DNA of 64,000 nt from contig JANYBW010000045.1 in NCBI GenBank assembly GCA_025360585.1, forward strand, positions 585 to 64,584, written 5' to 3'. The notes under the pieces are model-generated. The model was given only the letters and a program-made list of their open reading frames with translations. It was not told the DNA's origin and did not search any database. The position numbers were made by a program, and so were the translations under genes. The stretch comes from Actinomycetes bacterium. GTDB lineage: Bacteria; Actinomycetota; Acidimicrobiia; IMCC26256; PALSA-610. This document shows, piece by piece, positions 1 through 9,167 of the stretch (position 1 is the stretch's first letter; each line of letters opens with the position of its first letter).

Positions 1-507
1 GACGGTCGCGACGGTTCGAAACTCGTCGCCGCGGGTCTTGGTGATGATCTGGAAGCGTTCCGTCAGTTGGGCAACGGAGAAGAGCCCAATCCCGATCTTG
101 CCGATGAGCTTTCGCCCACCTGGGCTGCGAGTCGAGTCGCCTTGCTGGGTAACTCCGAGAGACGCCCCGCCTCTTGAACGTTTAGCACTTCCGCCGATGT
201 GCATCACGAGGTGCTCGAGGACCTCAGGGCTCATCCCAGATCCGTTGTCGTGAATGGTGATCTGTCCGAAGCGGGGCCGATCAGTTTTGATTGTTACGCG
301 AGTCGCGTCAGCGTCGAAGGCGTTTGAGATGAGTTCTCGAATGGCGGATGCTGGTTGCCGGTAGATGCCGTCGGTGACACGGGCTAAGACTCTCTCGTCG
401 GTCGCTAGTGTCGCTTCTGTCGGATCGGACGGGGTGCTTGCTCTGATCCGCTTGGCCAAGGAGTCGATGCCTGTGCCTGTCGGCAGCTCGTCGGACGGCG
501 AGGTCAT
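1..507 (-). CDS. GHKL/HSP90-like ATPase domain protein, N-terminal part (gene continues beyond window start)
   Basis: My own minus-strand translation starts at the ATG at 507-505 and stays open in frame to position 1 (169 codons): MTSPSDELPTG...YRQPASAIRELISNAFDADATRVTIKT...ITIHDNGSGMSPEVLEHL. The ELISNAxDA and DNGxGM motifs are the Bergerat-fold ATP-binding signature. It is absent from the ORF track because there is no stop inside the window. Confidence 0.7.
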   Translation of the reverse strand, partial: MTSPSDELPTGTGIDSLAKRIRASTPSDPTEATLATDERVLARVTDGIYRQPASAIRELISNAFDADATRVTIKTDRPRFGQITIHDNGSGMSPEVLEHLVMHIGGSAKRSRGGASLGVTQQGDSTRSPGGRKLIGKIGIGLFSVAQLTERFQIITKTRGDEFRTVATV

Positions 508-568
508 CGCGTTTCACTCGACTCGTCGCTTGCCGAGAGACTGATGACGGCTCCCGTGCTGTCGGCGG

Positions 569-1046
569 CGGGTGCACTGTGATATTCGGGCGTTCGTTGA
601 CGGGTTCTCATCGAATGCATGTTCGCTAGCGTATTGGATATCGCGCGGTGCGAGGCGGCTTGACAAATCATGGGCTACGCAGCTAGAGACACTTGAACCT
701 CGTGCATGGCACCGAGCTCACGCCGAGTCGCCTCTCGCTGCAATTGACCGCCCCAACTGAGGTCGCGATTGTGTATGCATGTATACAGCCGACCGCGCTC
801 GAACTTCGCAAAGCAGGCCGCAATACCATAGAAATCGGCGTATATCGACCGTGATTCGGGGTGATCAATGTATGCAAAATGTATGGAAAACTATTCTTAT
901 TCAAGGTCAAGAGGTCGCGCCAACGGACTGAGTGGACGGTAAAGGCCGAGGTCAGGGCACTGCACGGAACAAACCGGACACCCTAAACGGCGCGTCTACG
1001 ACTGGGGGTCAAGAGGTCCCGGGTTCGAATCCCGGCAGCCCGACCA
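569..1046 (+). ncRNA. tmRNA-like RNA (ssrA-type tRNA-like 3' domain; possibly a degenerate copy); 5' boundary unresolved
   Basis: The 3' end folds as a T-arm (CCGGG 1019-1023 / TTCGAAT / CCCGG 1031-1035), then the acceptor strand CAGCCCG, then A and CCA (1044-1046). This resembles the actinobacterial ssrA 3' end (CCCGGGTTCGAxTCCCGGCAGCxCxACCA). Upstream, CTGCACGGAACAAACC resembles the PK4 region. The frame gct cac gcc gag tcg cct ctc gct gca (716-742) encodes the tag-like AHAESPLAA. A terminator follows directly. No convincing GGGG 5' acceptor was found and position 70 is C rather than U. Confidence 0.4.
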
Positions 1047-1064
1047 CAAAAGCCCAGGTCAGGA

Positions 1065-1095
1065 CCGGTGCGAATCGCACCGGCTCTTTTATTTT
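1065..1095 (+). terminator. Rho-independent terminator after the tmRNA-like RNA
   Basis: An 8-bp stem (CCGGTGCG 1065-1072 / CGCACCGG 1076-1083) with loop AAT is followed by CTCTTTTATTTT. Confidence 0.7.
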
Positions 1096-1250
1096 CAACC
1101 CATGTATGCAAACAATCGGCTTTCTGACGAGGCCGGAGTTGGCGCGCTGATCCATGCGCTGTCTTCAATCGCCGGCCGTCAAGGTAGGAACACGCAACTA
1201 TTGTCCATTTGTACACCGATTACCTGTAAAAAGGGACAACAGCCGGCTGA

Positions 1251-1448
1251 CTACTGATCGTGTCCGTAGGGGCAGTGGCGGCAGCCGCTGTCGCAGCAGG
1301 CGCCGCGTTCGGCGAGGTAGCGCTCCGTCAGTACGAACAAGCCAGTGTGTGGATCGAAATAGCCGTCTTCGCCGGACGCGACCGCGGCCCGGTGTGCATC
1401 ATGGATTTTCGCCGGGTATTCCTCAGCGTGTGGATGCGGCTCGTTCAT
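1251..1448 (-). CDS. small Cys-rich protein, DUF5522-like
   Basis: This 65-aa ORF ends in ACCDSGCRHCPYGHDQ. The CCxxGCRHCPY C-terminal motif is what I recognise from the DUF5522 family. Confidence 0.7.
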   Translation of the reverse strand: MNEPHPHAEEYPAKIHDAHRAAVASGEDGYFDPHTGLFVLTERYLAERGACCDSGCRHCPYGHDQ

Positions 1449-1523
1449 CGCGTGGCTCAGATGAACCTTGCGCGAATTGGTTTGTGGGCGGCGCGCAGTG
1501 TTGCCTGACCGACTTTGGTTGGG

Positions 1524-2246
1524 TTACGAGTGATCTTCGAGCCCGACAGCATTCAACAGAATCGGTTTGAGGCGTCCCTGTTCTCGCAACGTTCCTGCGA
1601 CGTTGTGCTTGCCATCGTGTTCGTGCAGCACCACTCCCGGCACGGATTTCAGGCGCTTGGCGTGAACCCCATCGAGGTGCTCTTCGCGACCCCAATGCAT
1701 ATGGAACTTCGTTTCGGGATTCTTCGGTTTCTTCAGGGTGCGTTTCGCATCGAAGTATTTCGGTCGCGCACCAAGGGCCGCGCGCATCGCCACGAGTTGG
1801 CCGCTCCAACGGCGGTCGAGCATAACGATGCGATGGCGCCGCGCGATCGTTGTTTGTGCTCCAAACGCGTGGACTTCGTCGGCTCCGAGCAGCGATCCGA
1901 ACGTGAGCGCTCCGAACGCTCCCGCCGAGGTTCCCACGCAGACGATTCGTTGTATGCCGTGATCGGCGCAGAGTTTTTGCAGCATGACGGTCGTCGAATC
2001 AATATCGTCCGACGATCCACGGACGCCCATGTGGTACCAGGCCTGGTCTAAATCCCGGACGAAGATCCGCCCAACTGGCGTGTCGTTTAAGAGGCTGAAG
2101 AACTCAAACGGTGGTATCCCCAACCAGTTCGACATTCCCCCGAATGCAATAATGACCGTTTTTGATTCAGCCGAAAAATCCGTCAGCAGACCCTGGGATG
2201 GGTCGCTGAGCGCATTGTCGAATGATTCTCGATCGTCGTTCGTCAT
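1524..2246 (-). CDS. uncharacterised alpha/beta-hydrolase-like protein
   Basis: The 240-aa ORF has a GxSxG nucleophile-elbow candidate (VGTSAGAFGA) preceded by a beta-strand-like VIIAFGG. The specific family was not recognised. Confidence 0.5.
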   Translation of the reverse strand: MTNDDRESFDNALSDPSQGLLTDFSAESKTVIIAFGGMSNWLGIPPFEFFSLLNDTPVGRIFVRDLDQAWYHMGVRGSSDDIDSTTVMLQKLCADHGIQRIVCVGTSAGAFGALTFGSLLGADEVHAFGAQTTIARRHRIVMLDRRWSGQLVAMRAALGARPKYFDAKRTLKKPKNPETKFHMHWGREEHLDGVHAKRLKSVPGVVLHEHDGKHNVAGTLREQGRLKPILLNAVGLEDHS

Positions 2247-2377
2247 CGTTGCCTAGAGAGTTGAAACGGCGGCCATCGGCGACCAGAGCGTGTCTGAGAA
2301 TCGTAGCGGCGCTGGGTGGTGGACACCTTCCCGTGGCCGCGTTCCCGCACTGCGGTCGTCGCCCTCGGCCGACGTCG

Positions 2378-2839
2378 TTACGCCAGCGCCTGTTTCACGA
2401 AGGCCGCGATTCTTGCGCCATCAGCCTGTTGGCCCACATGTTCGCGCACTGCTTTCACCACGACCCCCATGGCTTTGCCACCAGAGTGGCCAGCGGCGCG
2501 TGCAATGGTGACTTCGGCAGCGACGATTGCAACGAGAGTCTTGTCGTCGAGCGCAGCTGGCAAGTAGCGAGCGATGATTTCGGCTTCTGCTCGTTCTTTG
2601 GCTGCGAGTTCTGTGCGCCCACCTTGTTCGTACATTTCGGCGGCTTCGTTGCGTTTGCGGGCTTCGGTCGCCAGCAACGCGAGGATTGCATCATCGTCGA
2701 GCTCGACGGCTTCGGTACCGGCTACTTCGGCTTTCGCAATAGCCGTCTTGAGCATCCGCATCGTCGAGAGCGTGAGCGCGTCGCGATCGCGCATGGCCTG
2801 GGTGAGATCCTCGCGAATTCGGTCGTTCAACGTGCTCAT
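2378..2839 (-). CDS. GatB/YqeY domain-containing protein
   Basis: The 153-aa ORF reads MSTLNDRIREDLTQAMRDRD...LSTMRMLKTAI...YLP...GKAMGVVVK, the typical YqeY-family pattern. Confidence 0.85.
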   Translation of the reverse strand: MSTLNDRIREDLTQAMRDRDALTLSTMRMLKTAIAKAEVAGTEAVELDDDAILALLATEARKRNEAAEMYEQGGRTELAAKERAEAEIIARYLPAALDDKTLVAIVAAEVTIARAAGHSGGKAMGVVVKAVREHVGQQADGARIAAFVKQALA

Positions 2840-2975
2840 ATCAGTATCCGTTGCTGGGAAGTATTGATTTGGGTTGTGGGGTAGCGCGCCAAGCGCTCGT
2901 TCGTTTTAAGCCTAGGCGTCGGTTCGCCCGGACCGGTGTGTATTGGAGCTGTTCCGTTGGGTCCGCCGCAAATCT

Positions 2976-4532
2976 CTAGCGAATTGTGGTCACTGAATAC
3001 GGTGCGATCGCAACGTTGGCACATCGTTGGGCGCTCGATCGAGTGATCGCGGCGTTGACCGGCGAGTTGACCGGCGAGTTGATCGGCACTGGCGTCGCCG
3101 TCACCTCGTAGTGGATGTTGTTCACATCACAACTACTCGCGCCGCGACGACTATCGATGAAAAATGATTGCGCAGTCGGATTCACGATCAAGCGTGCTGA
3201 ACCGCCGACGGGCTGGCCCGCGATTGCGGGAACGTCCTTGTTGGCTGTCAAGATCGGCGTACTGAATCGTTGCACATCGGGTGATCCGTCCAGTACGGCG
3301 ATCACCGTCGCGAACGCGATGCCTTGTGCCGTCGCAAGAAAACTGTTGCCGGATGCTGCAGGTACAAGCGATGCCCGCGCGCCGCCAGAAATCACGTCGT
3401 GGATGGTTGAGAGGCCGACACGCGGATCCGTGGCCGATGCGGTCGCGAACCATGCCGTCGAGAGGGCTTGTGCCCAGGTTTGGGTCGTGGCGTTGACCGC
3501 ACTTTCTTGGGTATAACTCACATTCCATTCAGTGAGCCATGCCTCAACACCCCGCGGCAGCAGAGTGAGATCGGTTGAGGCCACACGTTCCCAGTGGTAT
3601 GCCGCGGCACGGAGGAGCTCGGCAGCCAAATCATTGGGACCGGTGTTCGTGGCCGCGATGCGCCAGTACGGATGAAAAATGAGAGCCTGTTCACTTCGAA
3701 CTACCGAGAGCACATCGGCGTTCCAATGGCGCACGCGTTGTGGAAGTATTGGTGTCAACGTGCTCGCGTCGTCCCACATCACCACACCGAACCGTGCATC
3801 GGGAAACGATGCACGAATCGTCTTCATCCACCGATTCGCAGCATGGCCGTATTCTCGGCCGCTCGGGTACAGCCGAGAATAGCGATCAAATGCTGGGTCG
3901 TAGAGCTCGTTGCCGAGCTCGATGCGATCGACGTTGATGCCGATACTGCGAGCCTGTTGCAACATCGCGAGTTCATGTTCAAGCGACGACGTGGCCATAT
4001 TGAGGTCGAAGACTGCATCCGCATGCGTCGCTTGCAACACGTTCGCGTAGTCCTGCAATGTAAGACCCTTGCGCTGCGCCTTGGCCCGTCGAAAGTTGTT
4101 GGGCAGATCGCCGGAATCAACGAACTGGCCGGTTTGCCAATCGATCCACATCGAAGTGGTTCCCCCGAAACGCAAGACTCCCGGATGAAGCGCGGCGAGC
4201 GCGGTGAGAAAGTTTGGGTCGCGCCAACTCTGTGCGTTCGCGGCCTGCCCAACATCTTCCACGTTGAATCCCAACCGGTGGATGAGCTTCGTTGGAAGCA
4301 GTACCTTCCTGTTGGGCTGGTGTCTGGTTGTGACAGTCGGGATGACGATCGATCCTGGCTGATCGTCGTTGAGCCCCGGTTGCGGTCGGTTCGCAACTGG
4401 TTTCGAGGAACTGCACGCAGTCGCGAGCATCAGACACGCAACGAACAATCGGAAGTGAGCGAAGGGCGGTTTCACTGCAGGTCGATATGGCCATCTCGGC
4501 TCGTTCCGGCCGCGACGGGATCCCAACATCAC
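2976..4532 (-). CDS. secreted/lipoprotein glycoside hydrolase, clan GH-A (TIM-barrel) type
   Basis: The N-terminus has a basic region, a hydrophobic stretch and LATAC (lipobox-like). ELGNELYD is a candidate acid/base NE motif and LTEWNV a candidate nucleophile Glu. The C-terminus has a PVNSPVNSPVNA repeat. The GH family is not assigned and the start is uncertain. Confidence 0.6.
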   Translation of the reverse strand: MMLGSRRGRNEPRWPYRPAVKPPFAHFRLFVACLMLATACSSSKPVANRPQPGLNDDQPGSIVIPTVTTRHQPNRKVLLPTKLIHRLGFNVEDVGQAANAQSWRDPNFLTALAALHPGVLRFGGTTSMWIDWQTGQFVDSGDLPNNFRRAKAQRKGLTLQDYANVLQATHADAVFDLNMATSSLEHELAMLQQARSIGINVDRIELGNELYDPAFDRYSRLYPSGREYGHAANRWMKTIRASFPDARFGVVMWDDASTLTPILPQRVRHWNADVLSVVRSEQALIFHPYWRIAATNTGPNDLAAELLRAAAYHWERVASTDLTLLPRGVEAWLTEWNVSYTQESAVNATTQTWAQALSTAWFATASATDPRVGLSTIHDVISGGARASLVPAASGNSFLATAQGIAFATVIAVLDGSPDVQRFSTPILTANKDVPAIAGQPVGGSARLIVNPTAQSFFIDSRRGASSCDVNNIHYEVTATPVPINSPVNSPVNAAITRSSAQRCANVAIAPYSVTTIR

Positions 4533-4550
4533 CGGTAAATGTAGTGCGAA

Positions 4551-5756
4551 TTAGCGACTGAGGCTGCGCAACTCGCCGGCCAACGGCAGCGCGAGATCGC
4601 CGAGCTGTGATGCCGTGATGGTCTCGAGGTCTAGCCATTTCGCGAGTTCCACAAGTTCAGTGGCGAGCGCCTCAGCCACAGCTACGCGTTCCGCATGATG
4701 TTCCGCCCAGGCTCCGAGCACCAGCAACGTACTGGAGTGCCGATCAGCTTTGAGATCGACACGCGCACCGATGCGGCCGTCGTGCAGAAACGGCAAGACG
4801 TAGTAGCCGTAGATGCGTTTCGGGGCCGGTGTATAGATCTCAATTCGGTAGTGAAAATCAAAGAGCTGCAACGCTCGTCGGCGTTCCCAGACCACGGGAT
4901 CGAACGGGCTTAGCAGTGCGTTCGCGTTGATTGTTCGCGGCACGACCGCGTCGCGGTGGAGATACGCAACCGGTTTCCATCCCTGTACCGCTACCGGCGC
5001 GATCACACCGTCGGCGATGAGCTGTTGCAACGCGGGGCGTGACGCTTTTGATTTCAAGCGGTAGTAGTCGTACAGATCACGCTCGGTTGCGATGCCCAAC
5101 GCAATCGCTGATCGTCGAAGGAGTTCGTGGCGCGCTTCGAACTCGGTGGGAATCACGGCGTTTACGGCCTCGGGCGGCAACATGCGCTCAGGAAGATCGT
5201 ATTCGCGCTCAAAGTTTGAGCGCCGCCGGGCCGTCACTTGGCCGGTTGCGAACAGAAACTCAAGCGCGAGTTTGGCATCGCTCCAATCCCACCACGGCCC
5301 GGTTCGCCGCCCAGGTTCATTGAAACTGCTCGCGGTTGTGGGGCCATTGTCGCGGATCGCCGCGAAAATGTTGTTGATCATTGTGGGATTGCGTTGTTCC
5401 ATTGCCAACACGCTCGCCCAACCGGCTTTGCCAGTTCGCGAAAGCTCCATGCGCCATTGCATTAATGGCCAATCGGCCGCGGGCAGCAGTGATGCTTCGT
5501 GCGCCCAATACTCGAAGAGCTCGCCGTCGTTGAGCATCGCTTCGAGCGTGCCGCGACGGTAGGCGCCAATCCGCGACCACGATGGCATTTCGTGGGCGCG
5601 CGCAAGAATGTTTACCGAATCGATTTGGAACAGTTGCGTATGCCGAAGGACTCGCCGGATCTGACGCCGATCGCTGATTCCCTTCGGGCGCGGCGTCGCG
5701 AAGCCTTGCGCGCCCAACGCGATGCGGCGAGCCGTGCCGATCGAAACCGTCTCCAT
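4551..5756 (-). CDS. winged-helix DNA glycosylase, YcaQ/AlkZ family (DUF1006)
   Basis: The 401-aa ORF begins ...ARRIALGAQGF...LRHTQLFQIDSVNILARAHEMPSWSRIG...ELFEYWAHEASLLP, which is characteristic of the YcaQ family. Confidence 0.8.
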   Translation of the reverse strand: METVSIGTARRIALGAQGFATPRPKGISDRRQIRRVLRHTQLFQIDSVNILARAHEMPSWSRIGAYRRGTLEAMLNDGELFEYWAHEASLLPAADWPLMQWRMELSRTGKAGWASVLAMEQRNPTMINNIFAAIRDNGPTTASSFNEPGRRTGPWWDWSDAKLALEFLFATGQVTARRRSNFEREYDLPERMLPPEAVNAVIPTEFEARHELLRRSAIALGIATERDLYDYYRLKSKASRPALQQLIADGVIAPVAVQGWKPVAYLHRDAVVPRTINANALLSPFDPVVWERRRALQLFDFHYRIEIYTPAPKRIYGYYVLPFLHDGRIGARVDLKADRHSSTLLVLGAWAEHHAERVAVAEALATELVELAKWLDLETITASQLGDLALPLAGELRSLSR

Positions 5757-5781
5757 CGGCCTGTGCTAACGCGCGGCGATG

Positions 5782-6423
5782 TTAGGCACGCGGATGTTGA
5801 GCAAGGAGCTCATCGAGGGAAGCGACGGCGGCGGTGCGATCTGCGCCAACCAGTACGCCGTGCATACCGAGCGCTTCGGCGGCGACGATGTTCCCCGGAA
5901 AATCATCAATGAATACCGTCTCGTGCGCGTTCGCTCCGAGTTCGGCAAGCGCCATTTCGAAAATTTTGGGATTCGGTTTTCGCATACCGACCACGCACGA
6001 ATCGATCACGATTTCAAACAGCTCATCGACAGGAATCAGCGAACGCCAGCCGTCCGCGAATTCCTTGATGTTGTTCGTGATCAACCCGGTTCGGTAGCCC
6101 GCAGCTCGTAGTGCGATTCCTCGTGCGACGAAGGGTTCTTCAGTTTGGTGGCCGCCCGCCATGCCGCGCAACGCATCGAACGGATCGAGCTCTCGGCCCA
6201 TGCCCGCGGCGATTGCCATGATCTGATCGCGGCAATCCTGCAACGAAATTTCGCCCCGCTCGAGCCGGTGCCATGGGTGATCGGTGTCCTGGTCGTACTC
6301 GCCGAAAACGATCCGGAGAATGGTTTCGGGATCGTTTCCTGCCACCGTGCCGTGTTCTCGAACTACTGCAAAGGGTGAAGGCGTGAACACTCCACCGAAA
6401 TCAAAGAGCACCGTCGTAATCAC
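5782..6423 (-). CDS. HAD-IA family hydrolase
   Basis: Motif I is VLFDFGGV. A later TNN motif and a C-terminal FIDD motif are also present. Length is 213 aa. Confidence 0.8.
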   Translation of the reverse strand: MITTVLFDFGGVFTPSPFAVVREHGTVAGNDPETILRIVFGEYDQDTDHPWHRLERGEISLQDCRDQIMAIAAGMGRELDPFDALRGMAGGHQTEEPFVARGIALRAAGYRTGLITNNIKEFADGWRSLIPVDELFEIVIDSCVVGMRKPNPKIFEMALAELGANAHETVFIDDFPGNIVAAEALGMHGVLVGADRTAAVASLDELLAQHPRA

Positions 6424-6435
6424 GCCACCAATTCA

Positions 6436-7293
6436 TCACGCCGATGCGATGCCCGCCGGATCGGAGGCTGAATCCGGCGATAGGCCAAACGTTGGTTCCA
6501 CGGTCGCCGTCGGGTGAGCGTTCGCGCTGCGGAATCCTCGGCGGTGCACGAGCCGATCGATGCGCGACGCGAGGTGCGACTTGATACTCGTGGCACGATC
6601 CGAGGTAACCCGCCCGGATCGGACGGCCGTGTCGATCTTGGCCGTGGCTGCGCTGGTTAGGGCGTCGACAACGGTGCTCAATGCAACCTTGTGATCCGTA
6701 GCAACATCGGCAATAGACAACTTGTTCGCAAGTTGGCTAGCGAGTTCTTCGCTGGTGATTCCGAGCGCGCTACTCGCGGTCTTGAGGATCTGCTGCTGTC
6801 GCTCACCCTGTCGTTGGGATCGGTGGGCGCGCCGATTGTCCACGACCTTCATGGTGTCGTTGACAAACACGGCGACTCGGGCGGGAACCTTCGCTTTGAT
6901 CTTCGCTGCTTGCGCCGCGTCCAAGCGGCCCGCAGCAACGGCTTTTTCGATGTTGGTGTTCACGAATATTACGAGCGCGTCGATCACGCGTTGTGGCTCG
7001 ACGCCGCGTTGCGTGGCGACGGCCGCGATGCTGCCGTCTGCGGCAACTCCGGCGCGCAACGTGGCGACATCGACGCCAATCACTCGTGCGGCTTCCGCTG
7101 CGATGGCCCCGAGCCTGCCGTGCCTGCCGTGCCTGCCAGCGTGCCTGCCAGCATGACGATTGCTGCCTTGTTGGCCGTTGGCCGACGACTGCAATTTGGG
7201 TGGTACGGCTCCGGTGTCGCTAGCAGCAAACGCAACACCTCCGACTCCAAGGACTGCCGCGGCGGTGATTCCAGCAAGGGTCTTTTTCAACAT
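6436..7293 (-). CDS. secreted protein with two ~85-aa helical repeats and a His/Arg/Gly repeat
   Basis: I chose the internal ATG at 7293 because GGAG lies 7 nt upstream and it gives the signal peptide MLKKTLAGITAAAVLGVGGVAFA. There are two internal repeats (LG[IV]..E/T.L...SIA.VAT...V[IV]DAL...GR[LV]). HAGRHAGRHGRHGR is encoded by a 9-12 nt tandem repeat at 7114-7152. Confidence 0.6.
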   Translation of the reverse strand: MLKKTLAGITAAAVLGVGGVAFAASDTGAVPPKLQSSANGQQGSNRHAGRHAGRHGRHGRLGAIAAEAARVIGVDVATLRAGVAADGSIAAVATQRGVEPQRVIDALVIFVNTNIEKAVAAGRLDAAQAAKIKAKVPARVAVFVNDTMKVVDNRRAHRSQRQGERQQQILKTASSALGITSEELASQLANKLSIADVATDHKVALSTVVDALTSAATAKIDTAVRSGRVTSDRATSIKSHLASRIDRLVHRRGFRSANAHPTATVEPTFGLSPDSASDPAGIASA

Positions 7294-7465
7294 GATGGCT
7301 CCAAAAAGTTCGTGGAAGATTTGCTTCACTGCCAGCATCGACGGAGTTTGTAAGGGAAATGTTAGGGCTGGCTCAGTATCGAGCCAAGCAGTTGAAGCGT
7401 CGTCGCGATCAAGAAATACATGAGTCGGGTTCCGTTGTACCTAGAACACGTTCTACTGTGCACGC

Positions 7466-8488
7466 ATGAAACTTGGATTGCAGCTCGGATACTGGGGCAA
7501 AGGCCCGAACCCATTCCATGTGCCATTGGCACAACAAGCGGAATCGTTGGGTTTTGATTCGGTGTGGGTTGCCGAATCGTGGGGTAACGACGCGTTTTCG
7601 TTCGCAACGTGGATGGCCGCGCACACCAAAACGATCCGCATCTGCACGGGAGTCGTGCAGATTTCTGGTCGCACACCCAGCTCGTGCGCGATGCATGCGG
7701 TCACCGTTGATCATCTGTCAGAAGGCCGGTTCGCGCTCGGGCTCGGCGTGTCGGGCCCCCAAGTAGTGGAGGGTTGGTACGGCCAGCCGTTCGCAAAGCC
7801 ACTGCGGCGTACGCGCGAATACATCGACGTGATCCGCGCCGTCTTGCGGCGCGATGAACCCGTTGCCTACGACGGTCAGTTCGTGCACATGCCCTACAAC
7901 GGCGCCGACAGTTGGGAAATGGGCAAGCCGCTCAAGATCATGGTCCATCCGTTGCGAGCGGATCTACCGATCTATCTGGGGGCCGAAGGACCCAAAAATG
8001 TTGCGCTCGCCGCAGAGATCGCCGATGGCTGGCTGCCGTTGTATTACTCGCCATTTCGGCCCGAGGTGTACGCGGATTCGCTGCGAGGAATGAAAGACGA
8101 TTTTGAAATTGCCGTCAACGTGATGGGTTGCACGATCACGGGTGACAGCGATGAAGAAATTGAAGCGGCATTGATGCCGACGAAAGCTGCGCTCGGTTTC
8201 TACATCGGCGGGATGGGGCACCGCACTCGCAACTTCCATATGGAACTCATGGCCCGTATGGGTTTCGAAGATGCCGCGATCAAGATTCAAGATCTGTTCT
8301 TCGAAGGCAAACGCGACGAAGCGATTCAGCTCGTGCCAACACAGTTCGCCGATGAGATCTCGCTCGTCGGTTCCAAAGAACGCATCAAAGATCGTCTAGC
8401 CGCCTGGAAGGATTCACCGGTCACCACGATCATCATGAGTGGTGGCCCGGACACCTTGCGAGCCATGGCCGGAATCATCCTCGACTAA
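7466..8488 (+). CDS. LLM-class F420-dependent oxidoreductase (luciferase-like)
   Basis: The 340-aa ORF reads MKLGLQLGYW...ESLGFDSVWVAESWGNDAFS...GRFALGLGVSGPQVVEGWYG, the typical LLM family pattern. Confidence 0.85.
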   Translation: MKLGLQLGYWGKGPNPFHVPLAQQAESLGFDSVWVAESWGNDAFSFATWMAAHTKTIRICTGVVQISGRTPSSCAMHAVTVDHLSEGRFALGLGVSGPQVVEGWYGQPFAKPLRRTREYIDVIRAVLRRDEPVAYDGQFVHMPYNGADSWEMGKPLKIMVHPLRADLPIYLGAEGPKNVALAAEIADGWLPLYYSPFRPEVYADSLRGMKDDFEIAVNVMGCTITGDSDEEIEAALMPTKAALGFYIGGMGHRTRNFHMELMARMGFEDAAIKIQDLFFEGKRDEAIQLVPTQFADEISLVGSKERIKDRLAAWKDSPVTTIIMSGGPDTLRAMAGIILD

Positions 8489-8527
8489 GAACGCGCGCAG
8501 TCTGAGCCGCCAGGATTCTTGATCTCG

Positions 8528-9055
8528 TCAGCTTTGTTGGAATGCTTGGAACGTCATGAACGCACCGGCGGTGGCGACGATCGACAGGATCAGAGCGATG
8601 AACAAGCCGAAGCTGGCGCCGACATCGACGCTTACCCCAGAAAGCGCGCTAGCCACGCCAAGGTCGGAGTCCGAGGGAATTCGTGCCCAGTACCAAAGTG
8701 TGAAAAGCAGAGCTAATCCGGAACACGCGAGTGCTGCGATCACGAAGTTCTTGTTGGGCCCTTTGAGGAGCATCAAAATTGCAAGTACGCCCACCGCGAC
8801 CATCAACAGCCAAGCGATTGTACCTTGACTGAGATCGAAGGCGTTGGCTGAACTGGAACGGCTGATTCCGCCAATCAGCGGTGATTTGACTGAGATATCG
8901 GCGCTCCACCAGTCGAAGAATCCGAAGATGAAGAACCCGATCGAGCCGCCGAGCATCAACTTGGTGGGCAGCCCCGCATTCTTGATCTTGTCGACGTCGA
9001 GCCCTTCGAATGGGTTTTGCATCGGCGTGCTGTTGGAATCTGGGGTATCGCTCAT
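8528..9055 (-). CDS. 4-TM membrane protein (paralog A of a tandem pair)
   Basis: The 175-aa ORF has hydrophobic segments and shares the motifs FFDWWS, NAFD and GASFGLF with the neighbouring gene. Confidence 0.6.
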   Translation of the reverse strand: MSDTPDSNSTPMQNPFEGLDVDKIKNAGLPTKLMLGGSIGFFIFGFFDWWSADISVKSPLIGGISRSSSANAFDLSQGTIAWLLMVAVGVLAILMLLKGPNKNFVIAALACSGLALLFTLWYWARIPSDSDLGVASALSGVSVDVGASFGLFIALILSIVATAGAFMTFQAFQQS

Positions 9056-9167
9056 TGGTTGCTCCTCGATCTGCGCGTGAATCCATCTGGCGAACCCATC
9101 TGGCGAACGCTGCGAGGGTGATTATGCGCCCAAACCGCCAGGATGTGGGGGATATCCGCGAATCGCG

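Noticed and set aside
121-127. TGGGCTG, a perfect complement (with U:G) to the tmRNA-like acceptor 3' strand, considered as the missing 5' end.
   Set aside because: It lies ~920 nt upstream, inside the GHKL ATPase coding region on the other strand. A degenerate 7-mer match is expected by chance many times in 64 kb.
660-700. TTGACA at 660-665, considered as the promoter of the tmRNA-like RNA.
   Set aside because: There is no acceptable -10 hexamer at 16-19 nt spacing, and the position is inconsistent with any of the candidate 5' ends.
7442-7455. Palindrome TAGAACACGTTCTA just upstream of the LLM oxidoreductase start, considered as a LexA (Cheo/SOS) box.
   Set aside because: Gram-positive and actinobacterial SOS boxes are GAAC-N4-GTTC, whereas this one is GAAC-N2-GTTC. 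It may still be an operator for another regulator, but I cannot support a specific call.
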